This document shows, one piece after another, positions 1-12,580 of a DNA stretch of 64,000 bases. Positions within the stretch are counted from its first letter, which is position 1. Every line of letters starts with the position of its first letter. Position numbers and translations under genes: made by a program. The notes under the pieces are model-generated. The model was not told the DNA's origin, made no database searches, and was given only the letters and a program-made list of their open reading frames with translations. Location: assembly GCF_009914755.1 (NCBI RefSeq), contig NC_060930.1. One strand, written 5' to 3'. The DNA is from the human T2T-CHM13v2.0 reference genome, Homo sapiens.

Positions 1-1101
1 GTCATAAATTTGACCTGTCATTGTGTTTGCTCACTATTTTTTCCTTTAAACAACACATTACAAATTGCTTCAGATGTGATATAATCTTATTACATAACAA
101 AAAGTTTTATCATTGGAACATTTTTAAACTGAATTTTTTTATTTTTCAAAAAATAAATTTATAGGAAAGCCACATATGAATTATATATTTTATTGTAAAA
201 ATATTTTTATTTAATTCATTCATTCTATCCTTTTTTCCACATAGAATTGCAATTAAGCAGTCTCAGGCACATGAAAGCAAATTATTTTAACCATCTAAGA
301 AGTTCCAATCACAACTACCTTCATTTGATTCTTTCCAGTATTTCACAATTTTCTCTTTACAGAAATTCTGTCTAACTAATAAGTGTTTATTTTTTATCCT
401 TGGGTATTTCTGTTAAATACCCAAGCCAATTTCTTAGGTCCTGTATTCAAAGAAAATCAATATTAGTGCATCATTCCTTTTCATATATATATGAAAAACA
501 AGCTTTAAGATGCCTTGTGAAGCTTTCCTCTGTAAGATAAATAATTGTTTCTTTTTTTTGGTAGGTCTTTACTCCAAACCCTCTAAGTCAAAATAGTTTA
601 TTTACTTAAAAATTCATTTGTTTGTTCTTTCATTTAATATTAAAATCTTTTCTTGATTCCGAAAAAGCTGGAAGCATTTTACAGATTTAAAGGACAATTT
701 TTTCAGAATAAAGCACAAAGGAAAGCAAAGATGAGTAAAATGTTTAAAGAGTGTCATAAGAAAAGGAGCAAATGCCTTAAGATATGAGACAGTTAATCTT
801 TTATTATGCAATCCTGGATAAGCCAGTTTCAGTTTTTGAATTTCTAAGAGTCCCACAATGGTGAAAATCATTAAGCCACTTACGAGAGCTTAATGCTAAT
901 CATACCACACAGATTCTCGATGTTCTCTTGCCTACACTAGCTCAGGTGACATTTTATGGACCAAGTGAGCAAGAGGAGATGAGCCAAAATGGCCTGAGGA
1001 ACAAATCAGACCAGCCCAATGGGACAGTGACCCTGGCTGGGAGAGCTGGAAACAACAAAGTCACATTATGACCTGGAGAGAGAGCCTTCTCTGCAGGTTC
1101 C

Positions 1102-1698
1102 ACTTTAAGCCGTACCCCTTCCAATCTGACCGTTCTCAGCATCTCTGCCTCCATCACACTGACCCAAGGCACTAGTTTTTACCTTTCCTGTGTCACCACA
1201 GTAGTCTCCTAACTAGCTTTCCTGCTTCTACTCTTGGCCCCATGTATTATAATAATAGATATATAGTAGATAATTGGCCCCATCTATTGGCTATCAATTA
1301 TTATAATTATATATGTTTAATATATTATAATTATCTATAACATACTTAATATATTATGATTATCTATTATCCAATTATCTAGAATTAAATATATTAGATA
1401 TAATATAATTGAATATATCATATTTAATATACATTAAATGATATATTTTTAATTTATATATAATCATAATATATTAAATGTATAATATATTTAATATAAT
1501 AACAATAGCCAATAGATGAGGGCCAATTTTCTACTATATATCTATTATTATAATACATGGGGCCAAGAGTAGAAGCAGGAAAGCTAGTTAGGAGACTGCT
1601 GTGGTGACACAGGAAAGGTAAAAACTAGTGCCTTGGTTCAGTGTGATGGAGGCAGAGATGCTGAGAATGGTCAGATTGGAAGGGGTACAGTTTAAAGT
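1102..1698. repeat. Inverted repeat, ~193-bp arms (1102-1294 / 1505-1698) around a 210-bp AT-rich spacer
   Basis: The reverse complement of 1505-1698 aligns to 1102-1294 with 6 substitutions and 1 indel by manual count. Confidence 0.95.
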
Positions 1699-2425
1699 TT
1701 AATATTTAATAATTGTTAAATATATATTAAATATATAATTATTAAATATTAATATATATGATATAATTAAATATATTATATTTCCGGCTTCCACTCTTGG
1801 CCCCATCTATTATAATAATATATATAATAGTTCTTCACATAGCAGCCAGAAGAATCCACTTAAAATATAACTTGGATCATGTCACTCTCCTCCACAAAAC
1901 TCTTTGGTAGCTCTCTATTACCCCCAACATAAAATGAACCTCCTTTACTAAGACTTAAAGGACTTACTGTGAGCTAGCTCCAGCATATGTATATCAGGCC
2001 TCATTTACTACCACATTCTCTCCAGTCATACTGACTCCCTTGATCTTTCTCAAATACCTCAAGAACACTCTCACTTCAGATTCTTACGATTGCTGTCCCT
2101 TTGCCTCAAACATTCTTTCTTCAGATATTTGCTTGTTGATACTCTCACTTCAATCAAGTCTTCTAATCAAACATCTAAAAGATGTCTTCCATGACCATGC
2201 CATCTAAAATGGCTGCCACCCATCACTCTTAGTACCACACCTGCCTTTCCTTTTCTCTTCATAGCACTTACAATTATCATTTATTTGTATGAGAATTGAC
2301 TGTCTCCACCACTAGAATGTAAGATCCATGTGGACAGAAACATTGATATCTTTTCAACAGTGTCCTTCACTTAGAACAGTAACTGGTACATATGGTGCCA
2401 CTATATACTTATTGGATGAAGAAAA
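1120..2425 (+). mobile_element. L2 LINE 3' region, interrupted by the inverted duplication
   Basis: L2-type motifs 'agtctcctaactagctttcctgcttc', 'cacatagcagccaga...ttggatcatgtcactctcc' and 'ccacactagaatgtaagatccatgtggacag'. Confidence 0.7.
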
Positions 2426-2559
2426 GATTAAGTAAGAAACTCTTGATATGATAGAGAGGAATTTAAGGAAGTCTAGAGCTTCCAGTTTTCTTAAGGTGGT
2501 ATTGAACTAAAAAAAAAATTTATTTGATATTGCCTAAAGAAATATTGTTGATCTCCTGA

Positions 2560-3180
2560 CATCACAAACTGATGTTCGCATTTGGATGTTTGAAAGGTAC
2601 CGAAAACTGAAATCCACGCTTGATCTTACCCCAAAACCAGTGCTTCCAGGTTCTAGGTTACCAATTTCTGACAGTTTTATGTTCTGACCATGTTCAAGGT
2701 ACCCTATTTATCTCCATCTCTCTCATCACTTCTCAGGTCTAAGTTAGGAAAAGGCCCATCACACTCACCTGTTAACATGACATCCATCATCATCTGCCCC
2801 CAGTCTACACTCCACTGTCATCAAACTGATACCTTTAAAATGCGAATCAGGTTATCCCCACATTCACCACCACATCCCACACACATACACACAGTCACTT
2901 CCACCTAAAGTGCTTCAAGGCTTCCCAGTTCTTTTATAATAAAGGCAAAATTCTTAACACTGTCTCCAAGGCCCTACATGGCCTGGCCCTGTCGACCTCA
3001 CAATCACTATCTTGCCTTCTATGCTGGTTCTCTGTTTTCAAGGCATACAGCCCCTCACTCTCCTCACAGAGAGCCTGCAGTCCACTTTCCTTCTATGAGA
3101 ATGCCCTTCCTCCTTGTCCCTTCTCAGTCCCTCCTTCTTGGCTCAGTTGATTTCTACTCATTCCTTAGAATGAGTGGTTT
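2560..3180 (+). mobile_element. L2 LINE fragment
   Basis: Degenerate L2 motifs 'cagtctacactccactg' and 'aaaattcttaacactgtctccaaggccctacatggcctggcc'. Confidence 0.55.
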
Positions 3181-3184
3181 GTCT

Positions 3185-3710
3185 TTCACAAAAATGGCCA
3201 CAACAACACTTTTGTTCCATAAGAGCTTCCCCAGAACCTTGACTCACTCCCATAAAGAGGTGGATTCGATTTTCTCTTCTCCTTCAAGCTGGCCATAACT
3301 TTGTAACTACCTTCAGAACAAAACAGTAGAAGCAACACCATGATACAACTTCTGTCTGCCTCTTTCTCTCTCAGAATTCTCATACCTGGAACCCAGCAAT
3401 GAGAAAGTCCAGGCCTCATGGAGAGGCCCCATATGTGCTCTGGTCAAGATCCCCCTGCTAAGGTCCTTGCCAATAGCCAGGCGAATGACTAAGCTCTCAG
3501 ATGACTCCAGCTCCCAGCTATAGAATCCCCTTTCCCTGCACCCTCCAACCAGGTCTTTAAATCTTCCATTTGAGACTCAGATATCATGAAGCAGAGACAA
3601 AAATTCTATGTCCTGAACAAATTCCTGATCCACAGAATTTATGAACATAAATTTTGTTTTCTGCCACTGACTTGGGCCAATTTGTTACCAAACAGTAAAT
3701 AACAGAAAGA
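3185..3710 (+). mobile_element. MLT1 (ERVL-MaLR) solo LTR, MLT1H/I-like
   Basis: 'caaaaatggccaca', 'catggagaggcccc', 'aattcctgatccacagaa', 3' end 'gttaccaaacagtaaataacagaaa'. Confidence 0.6.
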
Positions 3711-3916
3711 GATCTCACTCAAAGTCCCCATCCTAAAGGGAGCTTCCTCTAGCTAGGACAGAATCCTCTTCCAGAGCTCCACAGACCTCTTTCACAGAAA
3801 CATTTTATGTTTATTTGTGTGATTATTTGACTTTAAATTCTCAAGTATGTTGGATCTCTCTTTTTTCTCTCTGGTTTCTGTCTATTCTTTAAGTCAGATA
3901 AAATCCAAAATCAAAA

Positions 3917-5742
3917 TGTCCATTTTCATGCTGCTGATACAGACATACCCAAGACTGGGAAGTTTACAAAAGAGAGAGGTTTATTGGACTCACAGTTCCA
4001 CATTGCTGGAGAGGCCTCACAATCATGGCAGAAGGTGAGAGGCACATTTCACATGGCAGCAGACAAGAGAAGAGAATGAGGAGGAAGCAAAAGCAGAAAT
4101 CCTTTAAAAAACCATCAGATCTCATGAGACTTATTTACTACCAAGAGAATAGTATGGGGAAAACTGCCCCATGATTCATTTATCTCCCACCAGGTCCCTC
4201 CCACAACACGTGGGAGTACAATTCAAGATGAGATTTGGGTGGGGACACAGAGCCAAACCATATCATTCCGCCCCGGTCCCTCCCAAATCTCATGTCCTCA
4301 TATTTCAAAAACAATCATGCCTTCCCAAGAGTCACCCAAAGTCTTAACTCATTTCAGCATTAACTCAAAAGTCCACAGTTCAAAGTCTCATCCAAGACAA
4401 GGCAAGTCCGTTCCACCTATGAGCCTGTAAAATCAAAAGCAAGTTAGTTACTTCCTAGATACGATGGGGGTACAGGCAAACTTCTGCCTGGGCATCCAGG
4501 TGTTTCCATACATCTCCTGAAATCTAGGCAGAGGTTCCCAAACCCCAATCCTTGACTTCTGTGCACTTGCAGGCTCAACACCACATGGAAGCTGCCAAGG
4601 CTTGGGGCTTACACCCTCTGAAGCCACAGCTTGAGCTCTATGTTGGCCCCTTTCAGCCACAGCTGGAGAAGCTGGGATGCTGGGCACAAAGTCCCTAGGC
4701 CTGGCCCAGGAAACCACTTTTCCCTCCTGGGCCTCTGGGTCTGTGATGGCAGGGGCTGCTGCGAACACCTCTGACATGCCCTGGAGATATTTTCCCCATT
4801 GTCTTGGGAATTATCATTCAGCTTCATGTTACTTATACAAATTTCTGCAGCTGGCTTGAATTTTTCCTCAGAAAATTGGATTTTCTTTTCTATCCCATTG
4901 TCAGGCTGCAAATTTTCTGAACTTTCATGCTCTACTTCCCTTATAAAATGGCACTCAAGTCACATCTTGAACACTTTGCTGCTTAGAAATTTCTTCCACC
5001 AGATACCCTAAATCATCTCTCTCAAGTTCAAAGTTTCACAAACCTCTATGGAAGGAGCAAAATGCCACCAGTCTCTTTGTTAAAACATAACAAGAGTCAC
5101 CTTTGCTCCAGTTCCCAACAAGATCCTCATCTCCATCTAAAACTACCTCAGCCTGGATTTCATTGTCCATATCATTATCAGCATTTTGGTCAAAGCCATT
5201 CAACAAGTCTGTAGGAAGTTCCAAAGTTTCCCACATTTCCCTGTCTTCTTCTGAGCCCTCCAAACTGTTCCAATCTCTGCCTGTTACCCAGTTCCAAAGT
5301 CACTTCCATATTTTCAGGTATCTTTTCAGCAGCACCCTACTCTACTGGTACCAATTTACTGTATTAGTTCATTTTCATGCTGTTGGTAAAGACGCACCCA
5401 AAGCTAGGCAATTTACAAAAGAAAGAGGTGTATTGAACTAACACCATGTTGCTAACACCATGTTCCATGTTGCTGGGGAGGCCTCACAATCTTGGTGGAA
5501 GGTGAAAGGCACATGTCACATGGCTGCAGACAAAAGAAGACAATGAGGAGGAAGCAAAAGCAGAAACCCCTTAAAAAACAATCAGATCTCGTGAGACTGA
5601 TTTAATACTATGAGAATAGTATGGGGGAAACCACCGCCTTGATTCAATTTTCTCCTACCGGTTCCCACCCACAACACATAGGAATTATGGGAGTATGATT
5701 CAAGATGAGATTTGGGTGGGGACACAGAGCCAAACCATATCA
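3917..5742 (-). mobile_element. THE1 (THE1A/B-like) MaLR element: LTR 3917-4265, internally deleted THE1-int 4266-5359, LTR 5360-5742
   Basis: Both LTRs end 'ggggacacagagccaaaccatatca' (reverse complement of the THE1 start). The internal region is homologous to 62115-63764. ORF-track peptides such as 'ETLELPTDLLNGFDQNADNDMDNE' are typical of the MaLR-int ORF. Confidence 0.9.
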
Positions 5743-5842
5743 CTTAGTAAGTTAGGAATCAAGGGAGGAGGAGGGGAACATTCTTTGGCTAATCTTGAGT
5801 TAGAAGATTCCTAGAATTCTTATTTTAAATTTAAAAAAGTGT

Positions 5843-6125
5843 GTAGTCACAAAGAGACAAATCCTATATAATTCCACTTTTATGAAGTATGTCAAATTCA
5901 TTGAGACAGAAAATGAAATGGTGTTTGCCAGGGCCTGGGGAAAAGGAGGTGGGGAAGTCATTGTTTGATGGGTTTAGAGTTTCAGTTTTGCAAGATAAAA
6001 AGAGTTCTGGGGATGGATGACAGTGATGACTGCATAACAAGACGAATGTATTTCATACCATTGAACTGCACACTTAAAAATGATTAATATGGCAAATCTT
6101 ATGTATCTTTTACCACAATAAAAAC
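5843..6125 (+). mobile_element. Old L1 (L1MB/L1ME-type) 3' UTR fragment
   Basis: 'gagacagaaaatgaaatggtgtttgccagggcctgggg...gagtttcagttttgcaagataaaaagagttctgg...cacaataaaaa'. Confidence 0.8.
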
Positions 6126-6237
6126 AATTATTGGGGGGAAACAACTGTATACTAGTCCCCTCCAAGGACGCTTATGAGGACAGTTGAGAGTTTGCAAGAA
6201 AACATCAACCACTTTGGAGTTAAAAAACATAAGTGCA

Positions 6238-6558
6238 GGCTGGGCGCGGTGACGCACTTCTGTAATCCCAGCACTTTGGGAGGCCAAGGTGGGTGGATCA
6301 TGAGGTCAGGAGTTCAAGACCAGCCTGGCCAAGATGGTGAAACCCTGTCTCTACTAAAAATACAAATAAATAAATACATACATAAATAAATAAGTCGGGT
6401 GTGGTGGCAGGCATCTGTAATCCCAGCTATTCGGGAGGCAGAGGCAGAGAATTGCTTGAACCCGGGAGGTGGAGGTTGCAGTGAGCCAAGATCGTGCCAC
6501 ACTGCACTCCAGCCTGGGCAACAGAGCAAGACTCCATCTCAAAACAAACAAACAAACA
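6238..6558 (+). mobile_element. AluS (Sg-like), full length; central A-linker expanded into TAAA/TACA repeats
   Basis: Starts 'ggctgggcgcggtg', dimeric structure, (CAAA)n tail, TSD 'acataagtg'. Confidence 0.95.
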
Positions 6559-6569
6559 CATAAGTGTGA

Positions 6570-6720
6570 CTCTTGTCTTCATTGCTTCTTAAGGAGTGGT
6601 CTTTGGCAAGTGATTTAACTATTTGAGACACAGCTTTTTTTTATTTGTAGTATGGAAATAATAATGGTATCTAACTCATAGTGTCTTGTGAGAAATAAGC
6701 TTTTGTAAGTAAATATTTTT
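6570..6720 (+). mobile_element. MIR fragment
   Basis: Core-like 'ctttggcaagtgatttaact...tgtagtatggaaataataatggtatctaactcatag'. Confidence 0.6.
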
Positions 6721-6915
6721 ATAAACTCTAAAGCTCGGTATACTTTGGAAGTATTTTAGTATCAAAAATAATGATGATAAGAAATCCAGTTACAGGAAAT
6801 TCTTGACTTTCTTCTAAGCTGCACATTCTCAAATTATACATTGATGGCTTTTAATTGCCTTTCATATGTCAAATGTGAAGTATCATTACCTCAAAATAAT
6901 CATTTCCAGCATGAG

Positions 6916-6996
6916 AATCTGCTTTCTTCTGTGACCGGCTTAGACTTCATGATGCATAATTATGAAGTCTAAGCCGGTCACAGAAGAAAGCAGATT
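6916..6996. repeat. Perfect 35-bp inverted repeat with 11-nt loop (hairpin)
   Basis: aatctgctttcttctgtgaccggcttagacttcat (6916-6950) / gatgcataatt / atgaagtctaagccggtcacagaagaaagcagatt (6962-6996). Confidence 0.97.
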
Positions 6997-7577
6997 TTTC
7001 TGTTTTGCAAATGCCCTCTACTCCCAAGAATCTCGTTCTCATGTTTGTCATGAAAACTCTTCTTACCTAAGCCTGAGCAGCTAACTATGCTGAAGAGAAC
7101 ACATAACTAAGACAGATTAGTTTAATATCTAGAGATTCCCTGACATTGAGACCTCCACTAAGGTTCTAGAAGGAAGATGTCAGCCTGATTCATTCTCCAG
7201 ACCCATTTCATGCCCTTTTCCCTTGAATTCACTTTTGGGGAGAAAATGGTATTTTATGTCACTTAACCTTAAACAAACAAACCACATCCTTCTATCATCA
7301 GATGTCTTTACCTGAGAAATGAATTTGACTTGGGGGTATGTCATCTATTGTATGGAATTGTGATTGAGCTAGGCACTTACCAAGTTGGCTATCAACCTCT
7401 TACGATGAGGAAACACTGATGTTAAGTGCCTAATCTTGGCAGTAATGACTCTGACCTTGAAGAGGATATCCTTAGATTTCCATCCTTCTCACAAAGTCAT
7501 GATTACTACCTTCTCAGTCACCTCCACAATGTTTTACCAAAACAAGCAAGCACTACATTTAAAAACAAGCCTATTCC

Positions 7578-7970
7578 TGCTGTGGTCTGAATGTTGTGTT
7601 CCTCCAAAGTTCAAGTTGAAACTTAATCCCCATTGCGGTGGAATTAAGAGGACGGACTTTTTTGAGAAGTGATTAACTTATGAGGGCTCCACCCTCATGA
7701 ATTAATGCCCTTTTAAAAGAGGCTTCAGAGAGTGACCTGGCCCTTTCGTCCCTTCTGCGATGTAAGGACACAATGTTCATTTTCTTGGGACGATGCGGCC
7801 AAAAGGCACCATCTGGGAAGCAGACAGTGGGCAGTTACCAGACGCTAAATCTGCCAGCACCTGGGACATGGACACCACAGTCTCCAGAACTGTGAGAAAT
7901 AAATTTTTATGCTTTATAAATTACCTGCTCTGTACAGTGTTTTGCATAGCAGCAGAAACGGATTAAGTCA
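7578..7970 (+). mobile_element. MaLR solo LTR (MSTC/MSTD/MLT1A-like)
   Basis: Starts 'tgctgtggtctgaatgt', contains 'ccagaactgtgagaaataaattt', ends 'gcagcagaaacggattaagtca'. Confidence 0.85.
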
Positions 7971-8424
7971 AACACTTTCATCTTTTTTCTGTCTTTGTTT
8001 TTGTTGAAATCTGCCTTAAGAATAGGGTACAGGTGTGTGTGTGTATGTGTGTGAAGAAATGAGTGGAATATTATTTTCCCACCCCCCAATAATCTTGTTC
8101 ATACTCTCAGGTACCACAGCCTATCACCTTGAGACTGCTGGGCAAATAGGAAAGAGGATAAACAAGACAAGGGGAGAAGAAGGAGGGTCTGTGGGACTAA
8201 TGAGCACTCTAAGGAGAGCAGGGACAAAGTAACACTCTAAACAGAGAGTGGGGCTTCTCTCTCTCTCACTTCCTCTGATTTTAAGTATATGAGTAACACC
8301 CAGACACACACACACAAAGAAAGCTAGGGTTACTGATAAGGGAGGAGGCAATGATGGAGCAGTGAATGGGTGACAGGGAAAGCAGAAAGAAACAGAAATA
8401 TCTATTGGTCATTGCTTGGTGCCT

Positions 8425-8992
8425 CTTTTAGTTTTCTAGTGCTGCCGTAAGAAATAACCAAGAATTTAGCTCCTTAAAACAACACAAGTTTATTATCTCA
8501 CGGTTAAGTCAGAAATCCTATGCTTGGATAGTTTCTCTGGGTCCCACGAGACTGAAATCAGGATATCCACAGGGCTGAACTCCTTTCTGGAGTCTCTGAA
8601 GATGAATCTGATTCCACCCTTGGCAGAATCGATTATATGCAGTTGTAGAACTGGGGCACTTGTTTTCTTGCTAGCTATAGGCCAGGGGTTGTTCTCAGCT
8701 TCAGGATGAGAACAGGTTACTGCCCACGTTCCTTGGCTCACAGCAACATTGGACCAAGTTTTTCACATGCTTCAACTCCCTCTGACTTCCCCATCTGCCA
8801 TATCGCTGTTTCTGCCTCCATTTTCTGCCTTTGAGAGCTCATATGATTACAGTGGGCCCAATTAGAGTCAGCTGATTGGTGACCTTAATCACATGTATAG
8901 AGCCTTTCAGGACAATATCTAGATTAGTGTTTGGTTGAATAACCAGGGGATGGAAATCTTGGGTGGACAACTTTAGAAATCTGCCTACTGTA
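8425..8992 (-). mobile_element. MLT1 (MLT1E-like) solo LTR
   Basis: 'gctgccgtaagaaataacca...ttaaaacaacacaagtttattatctcac...actttagaaatctgcctact'. Confidence 0.75.
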
Positions 8993-10849
8993 GTGTGAAG
9001 TGCCATGCTGAGATAATACATTCCATATATTATCAAATTTAATTTTCCAAAAAATAGTATAACCAGGTGATAAGTACTGTTATCACTAAAAACAATAGCA
9101 ACAACAAAAATCTTCCTATTGTTTGTTTCCAGCTGATGATAGCTATCAAGCTACTTTAAAACATCTCTAATAGGATTTTGTTTTTAAAGTTATATATTTA
9201 AAAAATAACTCTTCAAAGAACATGTCTGTTGCATAAGCAAGGGACAAGTATAACTGAGGTTATTTTGTATCATTTTAAAGAAAATCTCAACCTGCCTTCT
9301 CTCTATGCTCATTTCCATAGTGTGGCCAAAAATCCTAATGCTGAATTAGTGATCATGGCATTTCCATGGCAACATACCAGGGTGCCACCAGCATAAGGCC
9401 TTCTTCTCTTAACTGCAGCATAAACAATTCACCTGATTATGGGCTATTAAAAGGCCACACACAAGGACATGTAAGTAGAAAAAGAAAGGGAAGGTTCTGG
9501 TAATGTACATTGGAATACATTTTGGCAATCCCTAATAAGCAACCTGAGAAAGAAGATACTGAGAAAATGGTAAAGAATTCTTCCAATTGGATTTTGCAAA
9601 AATTGGACAGGTTCTCAGCCAGCTGACTTTGTGGAAGTGCTTCTGCAAGATTTTAGGATAGTTTTTCTCTGTAGAAAGTGCTGATTTTAAAATATTTCTC
9701 TTTCCTTCTCCCTCATTATCCACACACACAAAAATTCTTTTCTCACTACATAAATACAAAAGTAAGACAGTTTATGACATACTTATGTTATGTATATATT
9801 ATTTTAAGCCAAGAGAGAGAAGTAAAAGAATATATAATTTGGATTTTTTTATATCAGAAACAAAGCCCAGGAAGAAAACATCTTTTTAAAAACATCATTC
9901 ACAAAGTTTCTTTAAACCCAGCAAAACCCATACCACTGTCTTGGTAGGTGTCCTACAAATTGTGAGTAGATAAACTTTGAATTGAGCCTTTCCAGACAGA
10001 CCCCTTAGTATCATATGTATCCTTGTCTAGGCTGTCAACTAATGCAGAGATTTCTGTCTACCTTATCATTTTTTAAAATTCAAATACTCATGGGGGAAGA
10101 CATGTTTTAAGTCACATTAAAATGAGTGAGTTTTATCAAGTACAGTATCTTACTATCCAGCTGTTCAGAGCCCACCACTATCCTTAAGAAAAAGGGGTAG
10201 AACCACTTCCCTTTAGGCACATCCTTCCTATACACCCCCAGACTGCCTTTTTATAAGTTCTGCCCCCAAGGGTGCTATTGCTATGCATTTCACATTTTGG
10301 CTTTAACCCATGCTGACCCCATGTTCATATGGCGTGTTTTGCCTGTGTAAAAGGTTCCAGAAGATAAATTTTGAGGATTTATACATTTGATGACCCCACC
10401 ATTGAAAGTTTTAATACAAAAGACTCTCTCGTCTCTGACAATGTCACCATTTTACCAGAACAAGCATTTGCAAAATTATTATTCAACAAGGTTAACACTT
10501 TCATCTGTTAGAGCCTTACAGAAAAAGCAAAATATTACACAAAGAAAATACAGTCTATCAACATTATAAGAGCCTTTTGATATGACCCAGTAAAGCATTG
10601 TTGGTGATCAATATACAAAGCAACCAATGCAGCCACTTAAAGCTGTTAGCATTCATAAGTGGTTGTGTCAGCAAGACCTCTGTTTCATTTTGAAAATGGA
10701 ATTATATGTTATGTGGAATGCTGAATTGCAGTTATGACTATCTTATAAAATCTAAAAGATAAGCAATGAATCATATCCCTCAATTGGCAAGGAAGAGTCA
10801 GAAAGGCCCTGAAGACGTTTGGAAGATGTTGCAGACAGACACAACCTTG

Positions 10850-11010
10850 GCACAGTGGGAAGAGTATGGGCTTTAGGGTCAGGCAGCATTTTCTCCCAGT
10901 CCCTGTACTTGACAATTTACAAACTGGTGACCTTGGGCAAGTTGCTTAACTTTTCTGGACCTTAGTTTTCACAAGTTTAACATGTGGATAATTAGAAGGA
11001 CATATAATAC
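10850..11010 (+). mobile_element. MIR (5' part; appears to resume at ~12025-12120 after the L1 insertion)
   Basis: MIR core 'gtgaccttgggcaagttgcttaacttttctggaccttagtttt'. Confidence 0.7.
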
Positions 11011-11149
11011 ATTTTGTGAATCAAGGTTCTTCAAAGAGTGAAATAGGGGAGAGGGGTACTGTTAATAATTAAACCAGCACAACAGGATTAACCAAGACTG
11101 TGAGACAGAGGCAAGCCAGGATGTATGGCCATCCTATCAGGATAATTAA

Positions 11150-12025
11150 AAATCGGTGCCTACACTGACAACACTAAATGCTGGTAAGGATGTGGAACAA
11201 CAGAAACTCTCATTCATTGCTGATGGGAATGCAAAATGGTGCAGTCACTTTGGAAGACAGTTTGGCAGTTTCTTGCAAAAGTAAACACAATTTTACCTGA
11301 AGATCCAGCAATTGTGCCCTTTGGTATTTACCCAAATAAATTGAAAGCTTATGTCCATATAAAAATATGCACATTGATGTTTATAGTAGCTTCATTCATA
11401 ATTGCCAAAACTTAGAAACAACTAAGATGTCCTTCAGTAGATGGGTGGGTAAACTTTGGTACATCCAGACAACAGAAGATTATTCAGCATTAAAAAGAAA
11501 TGAGGTATCAAGCCATAGGAAGACATGGAAGAAACTTAAATTCATATTACTCAGTGAAAGAAACCAATCTGTAAGAGCTACATGCTGTATGAATCCAAAT
11601 ATATGACATTCTGGGGAAAGATGAAACTATGGAGACAGTAAAAACATCAGTAGTTGCCAGGGATTAAAAGCCAGGAAACAATGAGTAGGCAGAGCACATG
11701 CATTTTTTAGGACAGTGAAACTACTCTGTATGATCCTATAATAGTAATTACATGTCATTATAAATTTGGCCAACCCCGTAGAATGTACAATACCAAGAGT
11801 GAACACTAACGTAAACTATGGACTTCCAGTGATTATGTGTCAATGTAGGCTCATCAATTGTAACAAATGTACCATTTTGGTGGAGGATGTTGATAGTGGG
11901 GAAGGTTGTACATATGTAGGGGGAGGGAGTATATATATATACCTTCTGCTCAATTTTGCTGTGAACCCAAAATCACTCCAAGAAATAACATCTATTAATT
12001 TTTAAAAAGGAAGAAAGAAAAAAGT
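11150..12025 (+). mobile_element. L1MC-type LINE 3' end
   Basis: ORF2 C-terminal remnant (ORF 11367-11606 'YSSFIHNCQNLETTKMSFSRW...') plus L1MC 3'UTR 'caagagtgaacactaacgtaaactatggac'. Confidence 0.85.
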
Positions 12026-12409
12026 AAATGCCTAATACCATGAAGTTGCTGTGACAACTAATATAAACAAAATACATAAACACTTAGCATATAGTCGACA
12101 CTAAATAAAAATTAGTCTTTCTGTTTCTTTCCCTCTCTTTTGACCATGAAAAACACAAATAAGAACACAATTTTAGTACTTGTAACGATGAAGAGATTAT
12201 GTAACATGTAACAGTATTTATAACTCAGTCTATTTGCCCATTAAAATATTATAAATTAGAATCTATTTTAACAATGTATACTCTACAATCCACAAATTTA
12301 ATCACGTTTGTTGAATGAGTGACTGAATAAATAAATAAGTCACAAACTCTTCTCTTTTCTACAACACTCTTTTTGCACTTGACTGCTGTTCTTCGTGTAT
12401 TAGTGGACA

Positions 12410-12580
12410 GAGGACAGGACCTTGATGTCTGAATTTACCAGCTACATGAGCTTGGGAAAGTCACTTAAACTCTTTGTACCTCAATTTTGTCATTTGTCAA
12501 ACCAGCAATCATTAAACTCTTTGAGATAATGGCTGGGGAATACATAGTACTTTGCTTAACATATAACTACCTAATAACAT
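12410..12580 (+). mobile_element. MIR fragment
   Basis: 'gagcttgggaaagtcacttaaactctttgtacctcaattttgtcatttgtcaaa'. Confidence 0.65.

Noticed and set aside
5438-5471. Short duplication 'ctaacaccatgtt' in the THE1 LTR
   Set aside because: Ordinary slippage indel in a decayed LTR.
6174-6551. Alu-derived ORFs here and at the other Alus
   Set aside because: Typical Alu translation artefacts ('[13 protein letters not shown]').
7370-7432. 10-bp inverted repeat taggcactta/taagtgccta
   Set aside because: Too short, with a 43-nt gap; could be chance or an unrecognised MITE remnant.
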